DNA from: a virus | Taxonomy: Duplodnaviria > Caudoviricetes | DNA length: 64,000 bases | Virus record (IMG/VR): IMGVR_UViG_3300002835_000001 | Span: 64,001-128,000 of that record | Direction: 5' to 3' (one strand) | Shown here: in pieces, positions 58,410 to 64,000 of the stretch | Layout of the letters: the number at the start of each line of letters is the position of its first letter | Position numbering within the stretch: the first letter of the stretch is position 1 | Program-made: the position numbers and the translations under genes | The notes under the pieces: generated by a model | The model's input: only the letters and a program-made list of their open reading frames with translations | The model's database searches: none | Told to the model about the DNA's origin: nothing

Positions 58410-58451
58410 GTTTTATCTTTACTTTGTTTTATATAAATACTTTATTTTTAA

Positions 58452-59255
58452 TTAGAAAAAACCATCCCCACAATCAATTATGGAATTATTTGACCTATCC
58501 GCCCATGTTCCAAGATTTTGTATCGTTAAAGAGGCCGCAACAACTTGTGAATTTATTTGATTTTGGACAATACTCATTGCACCAGAAACTACTAAAGATT
58601 CAATATTTGGGTCTATTTTTTGAACTAAAGTTGTTTTACCCTCAACAATTAAATCACCCTTTATTCTCATCGATCCATACATACTAAGTGAACCAGTAAC
58701 TTGTAAATCATTTGTTGTTGCGTAAAATGAACCTGTTGGTTTCCAAATATTTGAGTCTTGTACGTTTGCAATTGACGCAGAAAATGAAGATGAAAGGGTA
58801 GTAAAATCACTTTGTCTAATTAATTTTTCTTCACTTCCTAATGGTCCACCCTTCCAATAATCTAAATTTGTGTCCCAAAGTAGTGACCCCGATATCGTAT
58901 TGGGTGATGTTGGGTCTTTTATTAATAAACCTCCATTTACCGCTGATGTACCATTTAATTCTATAACATTGTCACCAATAGCAACTGTCGTTGAATTAAT
59001 GGCTGTTGTTGTACCCTTTACTAAAAGGTTACCCTTTACTGTTAAATTTGAACCTGTGGTCTCTAATGCGTCTTTTAGTGATGCCGTATATAAATTTAAT
59101 CCATCGGAAGATGATCCAAGTGAAACACCTGAGATAAATAAATTATCAGCGTAAACCGCGTGTAGTGCGCCTGAAACCGCCCCTAAGTCTATAACCGACC
59201 CTGAGGGAACGTTTGTGGTATCAATTTGGAGCCAATTTATCTGTTGTAATGCCAT
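58452..59255 (-). CDS. Virion structural protein (fibre-like, 267 aa)
   Basis: NLTVKGNLLVKGTTTAINST...IGDNVIELN...GGLLI...SLLWD module shared with the fibres. Confidence 0.55.
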   Translation of the reverse strand: MALQQINWLQIDTTNVPSGSVIDLGAVSGALHAVYADNLFISGVSLGSSSDGLNLYTASLKDALETTGSNLTVKGNLLVKGTTTAINSTTVAIGDNVIELNGTSAVNGGLLIKDPTSPNTISGSLLWDTNLDYWKGGPLGSEEKLIRQSDFTTLSSSFSASIANVQDSNIWKPTGSFYATTNDLQVTGSLSMYGSMRIKGDLIVEGKTTLVQKIDPNIESLVVSGAMSIVQNQINSQVVAASLTIQNLGTWADRSNNSIIDCGDGFF

Positions 59256-59303
59256 GTAAAACTAAAGTCTTTTACATAAATACTTTTATTCTACTTCTTT
59301 GCA

Positions 59304-59332
59304 TAAAAAAAGGGACTAATGTCCCTTTTTAT
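59304..59332. terminator. Bidirectional intrinsic terminator
   Basis: AAAAAAAGGGAC-taat-GTCCCTTTTT hairpin with A and T tracts on either side. Confidence 0.8.
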
Positions 59333-59334
59333 TT

Positions 59335-59607
59335 TTAAATATATGTTTTGATTATTTTAACTATCTCATCTTTATCTCGGTAATCCCTACCAGGGACAAA
59401 AACAGGACCATCGTCTTCACCATTTAGACTTATAAAAACCGTCGGTAAGGAATTATGTCCAGTTTGTTTAACAACCTTATTCCATATTTCTTCATGTTTA
59501 CTCACTTCAATTTCTGTGTATTCAATACCTTCATTGTTTAATTCTCCTTTTAATACTGAACAATGACCGCACCCGTTTAAAGTGAATATAATAATTCTAT
59601 TTGGCAT
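59335..59607 (-). CDS. Glutaredoxin-like protein
   Basis: FTLNGCGHC, SLPTVFI. Confidence 0.8.
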   Translation of the reverse strand: MPNRIIIFTLNGCGHCSVLKGELNNEGIEYTEIEVSKHEEIWNKVVKQTGHNSLPTVFISLNGEDDGPVFVPGRDYRDKDEIVKIIKTYI

Positions 59608-59912
59608 TATAAATTATCTAAAATATCTTTATAAAATCCGTTAGGTTGTGCACCTTGTGATCTGTTTATTAATTCCTCTCCTTTGTAAACTATAACTGTT
59701 GGTATTGACCTAATACCCATTTCAATCGCAACATCACTATTTTCATCTACGTTGATTTTAATGAATGAGGTATTTGGGTACTCTTTTTCAATGTCCTCTA
59801 ATCTTGGGATTAATGTTTTACAAGGTCCACACCATGGTGCCCAAAAATCAACTAATACATTTTTTCCTTCTAATTGTAATTCTTTTAATTTATCTGCTGT
59901 TACGTTTTCCAT
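59607..59912 (-). CDS. trxA: Thioredoxin
   Basis: VLVDFWAPWCGPCK, IRSIPT. Confidence 0.92.
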   Translation of the reverse strand: MENVTADKLKELQLEGKNVLVDFWAPWCGPCKTLIPRLEDIEKEYPNTSFIKINVDENSDVAIEMGIRSIPTVIVYKGEELINRSQGAQPNGFYKDILDNL

Positions 59913-59921
59913 ATTTAATTT

Positions 59922-60989
59922 TTAAAATCCGATTTTACTTTTATTTGTTGTTTTGAATAGTTCAACATCTACATTATATATATCGGCTAAAGTCATTCCC
60001 TCTGTTACTTCATGGTCTTTTTTAAGATGTTTTAAAAGACTATTTGATTCCTCGACTGATAACTTACTAAACTTGTGTTCAGCAATTAAACGACCCTTAC
60101 GAAGTAACGCTTGGTCGATTTTTTCTCGTTTCATATTAAAGGTGGCAACAATTTGAATAGATAAACAATCACCTAAAATACCATCGGTTAAATTAAGGAT
60201 GTTAGACACTCCCGCAGGTGAGCCATTACCTTCTCTATCTGAAATTACTCTTTCAGCGTCTTCAATTACTAAAATTGCATTTTTATGTTCCATTAAGAAT
60301 GGAATAATTGATGGTTCAGATAACATCTCCGCCATTGATGGTGGAATAAACAGAATGTCCTTTTCTTTAATTAACGTACTAAGATATTTGATGTATGAGG
60401 TTTTCCCCGTTCCAGGATCTCCGTGTAATAATATAATTCCCTTTCCGTTATTTTCGTTTAATTTTTTAACAATTACATCGTGAACTTTAATAAACTCAGA
60501 ACCATAATTTAATTCCAATTCCATTGGTGGAACATATAAATCATATTCTTCAGTATCCATGTGTCCGTGTTCACTTTTAACCAATTGGATATTAGATTTT
60601 TTTCTTGTCTTTTCGAATTTTTTTAATTCTTCGGTTTGTAGTTGTTCTGATAGTTTACCATTCTTTATATCGTAAACAATATCAAGTTGGATTAAGGGGT
60701 CTTTGTCTTTACTGGTGTTACCAATAACTCTAATCATGATTTTCTTCTCATGATTAATATACAATGATTGTGACGATAAATCGTATCTTCTATTTGATGA
60801 AAAAATATTTGTCTCTTCTTTAAATCCTAAACTTAAAAAATAATCAATAATTATTGGGTCGTAACTTAAATTATTAACAAATTTTGATGGTAACGTATCA
60901 TTTAAAATAAGGTAATATTGTTCTGTTGGTATTTCACTTCCGTAAACTGTATCGTATAGAGGATAGTTCTCTGGTAAATGTCTTGTCAT
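59922..60989 (-). CDS. AAA+ ATPase
   Basis: LLHGDPGTGKT (Walker A), LVIEDAE (Walker B), ATFN, DQALLRKGR. Confidence 0.88.
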   Translation of the reverse strand: MTRHLPENYPLYDTVYGSEIPTEQYYLILNDTLPSKFVNNLSYDPIIIDYFLSLGFKEETNIFSSNRRYDLSSQSLYINHEKKIMIRVIGNTSKDKDPLIQLDIVYDIKNGKLSEQLQTEELKKFEKTRKKSNIQLVKSEHGHMDTEEYDLYVPPMELELNYGSEFIKVHDVIVKKLNENNGKGIILLHGDPGTGKTSYIKYLSTLIKEKDILFIPPSMAEMLSEPSIIPFLMEHKNAILVIEDAERVISDREGNGSPAGVSNILNLTDGILGDCLSIQIVATFNMKREKIDQALLRKGRLIAEHKFSKLSVEESNSLLKHLKKDHEVTEGMTLADIYNVDVELFKTTNKSKIGF

Positions 60990-61025
60990 GTTACAATAAT
61001 AAAATAAAATAGTTAAAAAATAAAG

Positions 61026-61328
61026 TTAATTAAGACAAATTTTGTAGTAACCTCTCATATCAATAAAGATATTATCTTCGTTAGTCTTTGATAATTCATC
61101 TTTATTAACTTCAACAGTAAACACAACTTGTCTTAATGATTCAAATTGTTCTTTACTTAAAGTAGGATAACCAAATTTTTGAAAATTCTCTTTAGATAAT
61201 TCTGTCATTCGATTATAAAAAGAGTCAACATCAGAATCTCCAATAAAGTATTGTGTGGCTTCTGTGTTGTTTGAAAAATACAATTTAACTTTTTGAATGT
61301 ATATTAAAATTTCTGCGGATAAGTCCAT
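61026..61328 (-). CDS. Hypothetical protein (100 aa)
   Basis: ORF coupled to the nusG stop. Confidence 0.55.
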   Translation of the reverse strand: MDLSAEILIYIQKVKLYFSNNTEATQYFIGDSDVDSFYNRMTELSKENFQKFGYPTLSKEQFESLRQVVFTVEVNKDELSKTNEDNIFIDMRGYYKICLN

Positions 61329-61852
61329 TAGATTTTTGATATTTGATTAAGTGTTAATTCGACAGCTGTGTTTCTACCAAAAATTTTCACTTCGATTGAA
61401 ACTTTTTCTCCATTTATTTCGGAAATAATTCCTTCGAATGAACTAAATGGTCCTTCAGTAACTGTAATTTGATCACCTATCGAATATTTTAATTTTTTAG
61501 AATCCACATGTTGTTCTAACACTTTATCTACTAAAATACGTTTGATGTCACTATCTCTTAATTCAATAGGAACTCTATTTCCACCCATACCCATAATATT
61601 AGGTAACAATGAGATAGTTTTTAATTCATCTTCATTTAGTTTTTTAGGTGTTTCAAAATAAAGATATCCACTATAAAGAACTTTTTCTCTAATTGCTTTC
61701 TTATTACGAACAACAACAACATTTTTTTCTGTTGGACATACGAATCGAGTAATACTATTCATCTTACCCAAAGAAATATATTTATTAAATTCTTCCGCTA
61801 ACGATCTTTCCTTACCGGGTAGAACTTTTACCAAGTACCATTTTGTTTCCAT
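61328..61852 (-). CDS. nusG: Transcription termination/antitermination factor NusG
   Basis: KWYLVKVLPGKE, LYSGYLY (NGN domain); GDQITVTEGPFSSFEG...VKIFGR (KOW domain). Confidence 0.88.
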   Translation of the reverse strand: METKWYLVKVLPGKERSLAEEFNKYISLGKMNSITRFVCPTEKNVVVVRNKKAIREKVLYSGYLYFETPKKLNEDELKTISLLPNIMGMGGNRVPIELRDSDIKRILVDKVLEQHVDSKKLKYSIGDQITVTEGPFSSFEGIISEINGEKVSIEVKIFGRNTAVELTLNQISKI

Positions 61853-61878
61853 AATATCTTTTTTAAATAAATACGAAT

Positions 61879-62721
61879 TTAATAATTCATAATCAAGAGT
61901 TCGGTACCCATATTCTGTTTACCATCTTTCTTAGCAGCCGCAGCTTTTGCAAAATCTTTTTGTTCCCATTTATACTCATCTTTAGGAAACCATTCTGATA
62001 ATTTAGGGAAGTCATAGTAAGATAAACTAAACTTACCTTTAATATTCTTAATACACTCAGCAAGTCTTGTGTGGTCATTCACATCAAAATCGTGATTGGA
62101 GTAGTAATTCTCAGTCTTCCAATATGGTGGGTCCATATAGAAATAGGTCATTGGTGAATCGTATTTTTCAACGACTTGTTGAAAGTCCATATTCTCAACG
62201 AATGTTAATTTATCGAAGTGTTCGCGGAATTTTGGGTTCTTTAACTTATCCATAAAGATAAGAACCTTACAACGATACTTTCCCTTATAATCTGTGTAAG
62301 CTGCAGTTTCTGGTTTAGAACCAGAGAACACTTGACATAGAACGTAGACATATTTACCCGCAATATCTAAGCTGTTTTCATCGGTGATTACCAAATCGTT
62401 ATTAAAAACCTCTTGTTGGTATTGTTTAAACATTTCAGCGTATTCGGGTGGGGTATCGACCACACCTAATTGTTGACATGGGTATTTTGACAATTCTTCC
62501 CACAATACGTCGTATTGTTTAGACCACTTCATTAAATTAGCATTAAGACGATTAAAGTCATTATAGACAACCGTCTTTAAATTAGGGTACTTACTCAGAT
62601 CCATATTAAAAAAGACCCAAAACATACCTGAAAATCCCTCTACATACGTTTCGATGTCTTTGGGGATGAATGGAACAATCCACTTACCAATACGAGCTTT
62701 ACCTCCAATGTAACTAATCAT
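61879..62721 (-). CDS. dam: DNA adenine methyltransferase (D12 class, Dam-like)
   Basis: YIGGKARI, YVEGFSG, YNDFN, FYMDPPY, ELLIMNY. Confidence 0.85.
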   Translation of the reverse strand: MISYIGGKARIGKWIVPFIPKDIETYVEGFSGMFWVFFNMDLSKYPNLKTVVYNDFNRLNANLMKWSKQYDVLWEELSKYPCQQLGVVDTPPEYAEMFKQYQQEVFNNDLVITDENSLDIAGKYVYVLCQVFSGSKPETAAYTDYKGKYRCKVLIFMDKLKNPKFREHFDKLTFVENMDFQQVVEKYDSPMTYFYMDPPYWKTENYYSNHDFDVNDHTRLAECIKNIKGKFSLSYYDFPKLSEWFPKDEYKWEQKDFAKAAAAKKDGKQNMGTELLIMNY

Positions 62722-62744
62722 CTTTTTCTATTTGTTTATATCAT

Positions 62745-62776
62745 CAAATATACCTTAAATTATTTAAAAAAACAAA
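62745..62776 (-). promoter_or_regulatory. Bacteroidota-type sigma70 promoter TTTG-N20-TATATTTG upstream of dam
   Basis: Perfect match to TTTG-N19-21-TAnnTTTG. Confidence 0.7.
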
Positions 62777-62796
62777 TTAATAGTATATATTTTATT

Positions 62797-62949
62797 ATGG
62801 CATGTAAAAATTGTAAGAATAAGGACGAGTTTAAAAAAGAAATGTACGATTCCACCAAATTGGTCGATAGTTGGGTTATTTGGTTTGCGGTTATTTGGTC
62901 GGGATTGGCAATTTATGGTTTTTATTCATTAATTACCAAGTTTTTATGA
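62797..62949 (+). CDS. Unannotated 50-aa protein with an N-terminal CxxC and one TM helix
   Basis: Manual translation MACKNCKNKDEFKKEMYDSTKLVDSWVIWFAVIWSGLAIYGFYSLITKFL; its TGA overlaps the next ATG (ATGA). Confidence 0.65.
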   Translation: MACKNCKNKDEFKKEMYDSTKLVDSWVIWFAVIWSGLAIYGFYSLITKFL

Positions 62950-63584
62950 AAAATGGAAAATATTTTATAGTACTTTTTTCAAACAAAAAGAAAATTAAAA
63001 TACTTTATAAGTGTATGCAGAAAACCACTGTATATGAGTATTGGAGGGAATTTAAAACCCAAAGAAAACCGCCATTCGTTAAGGTTCAAGGAGGTAAGAG
63101 AAATCAAGATTTAATATTTGAGTTGGCATTAATATTCCCAAACAATAGATGGGTAACTCAGGTATGGGTTAAAGATAGTTTAGGTAGGAATGAACCGGCA
63201 ATTATTGAGGACAATAAGTTTCGTATTAAAGAAATTGTCCCGTATTGGCAGGAAGAGTTGATTTACGATTTTCATACTAAGAAAAGAATAAGATATCATG
63301 AAATGATGGAATACATCACATCAGTTAAAGATATTGCACAAATTTTTACATTAAATAAAAATTTATTTGTACAAATTGAGAATGACGTTAGAATGTTTGG
63401 TAATAAAAATAAATTTGATTCGGATAGATTATTCGACATTGTAAGGGAAGACCTATTGAAAAGAAGACATGGAAATTTTATCTTCGTTAAGGATGTTAAT
63501 ACCCATCAAAGAATTTCATTATACAATTTACTTGAAAGTAAGGGATTTAAAAGAACAGAACTTTTTAGACATTACTCGTATTAA
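62946..63584 (+). CDS. Hypothetical protein (start revised to MKNGKYF)
   Basis: Only long plus-strand gene; ATGA coupling to the 50-aa ORF. Confidence 0.65.
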   Translation: MKNGKYFIVLFSNKKKIKILYKCMQKTTVYEYWREFKTQRKPPFVKVQGGKRNQDLIFELALIFPNNRWVTQVWVKDSLGRNEPAIIEDNKFRIKEIVPYWQEELIYDFHTKKRIRYHEMMEYITSVKDIAQIFTLNKNLFVQIENDVRMFGNKNKFDSDRLFDIVREDLLKRRHGNFIFVKDVNTHQRISLYNLLESKGFKRTELFRHYSY

Positions 63585-63798
63585 AAACAATATCTACTGA
63601 ACCAATCGTTATGTTAAATGAATCTTTTGGTTTCTCCATCTTCATCCCATATTTTTTTTGCATTATATCAAACGCCTTTATAAACTCTTGATTTGATAGT
63701 TCCAATATGATTGTTGTTGATTTCGTTTCGGCATTAATTTTTTCCAATAAGTCACTTATTATTGCCAATTGATTTAATATGTCACCTTTTTTTTCCAT
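63565..63798 (-). CDS. Hypothetical protein (77 aa)
   Basis: ORF track; overlaps neighbours by a few codons. Confidence 0.5.
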   Translation of the reverse strand: MEKKGDILNQLAIISDLLEKINAETKSTTIILELSNQEFIKAFDIMQKKYGMKMEKPKDSFNITIGSVDIVFNTSNV

Positions 63799-63979
63799 AA
63801 CCTAATATCTTTAATATTTTATCTATTATAGATACTTTCTTTTCTGGTTTAAATAAGTCCGTTTTATTTAATTTTTTAATTTCCTCAATCATCTGAATCT
63901 TCTGTATCTCTATCTCCTTCTTGTCCTTCTCCATCTCCTTCTTCAACCAATCCGATGCTTGTTGTAATCTCTTGTCCAT
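63782..63979 (-). CDS. Hypothetical charged protein (65 aa)
   Basis: ORF track; Lys/Glu-rich helix. Confidence 0.5.
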   Translation of the reverse strand: MDKRLQQASDWLKKEMEKDKKEIEIQKIQMIEEIKKLNKTDLFKPEKKVSIIDKILKILGYGKKR

Positions 63980-64000
63980 AGTCGTTTAATAGATTTATGT

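Noticed and set aside
1-64000. Stop-codon recoding, tRNA, rRNA or integrase
   Set aside because: Long ORFs tile the window under the standard code with TAA, TAG and TGA all used as stops; the short intergenic gaps showed no cloverleaf or rRNA-like sequence; no recombinase seen

Overview
AT-rich (roughly 30% GC by eye), densely coding, almost entirely minus-strand fragment that most likely comes from a very large tailed dsDNA phage. Evidence: several 800-1640 aa tail-fibre-like proteins (one with a peptidase S74 chaperone), LamG and C1q adhesin-like genes, dam and nusG. A perfect TTTG-N20-TAnnTTTG promoter and mostly A-rich, SD-less leaders point to a Bacteroidota host (inference). The window has three blocks. 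(1) Fibre/adhesin arrays at 1-5961 and 32801-59255. (2) A ~27 kb tailoring-enzyme island at 6017-32765: six radical SAM enzymes, three 2OG-Fe(II) oxygenases, two sulfotransferases with APS kinase, a carbamoyltransferase, glycosyltransferases, a methyltransferase and two SGNH-like proteins. (3) Redox, AAA, nusG and dam genes at 59335-64000. The most striking signal is in block 2. A gene fuses a circularly permuted ATP-grasp-like domain, a cleavage-only Hint domain and a 42-aa, 8-Cys peptide. It heads an operon in which eight consecutive downstream proteins of mostly unrelated families end in a K-[T/S]-L-[I/L]-like C-terminal tag. This suggests an undescribed self-releasing peptide (RiPP-like) or virion-decoration system with a shared docking signal. 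A second signal is four fibre cassettes, each followed by small LamG/C1q head genes that share an N-terminal motif. All family calls come from motifs recognised by eye; no database search was run.
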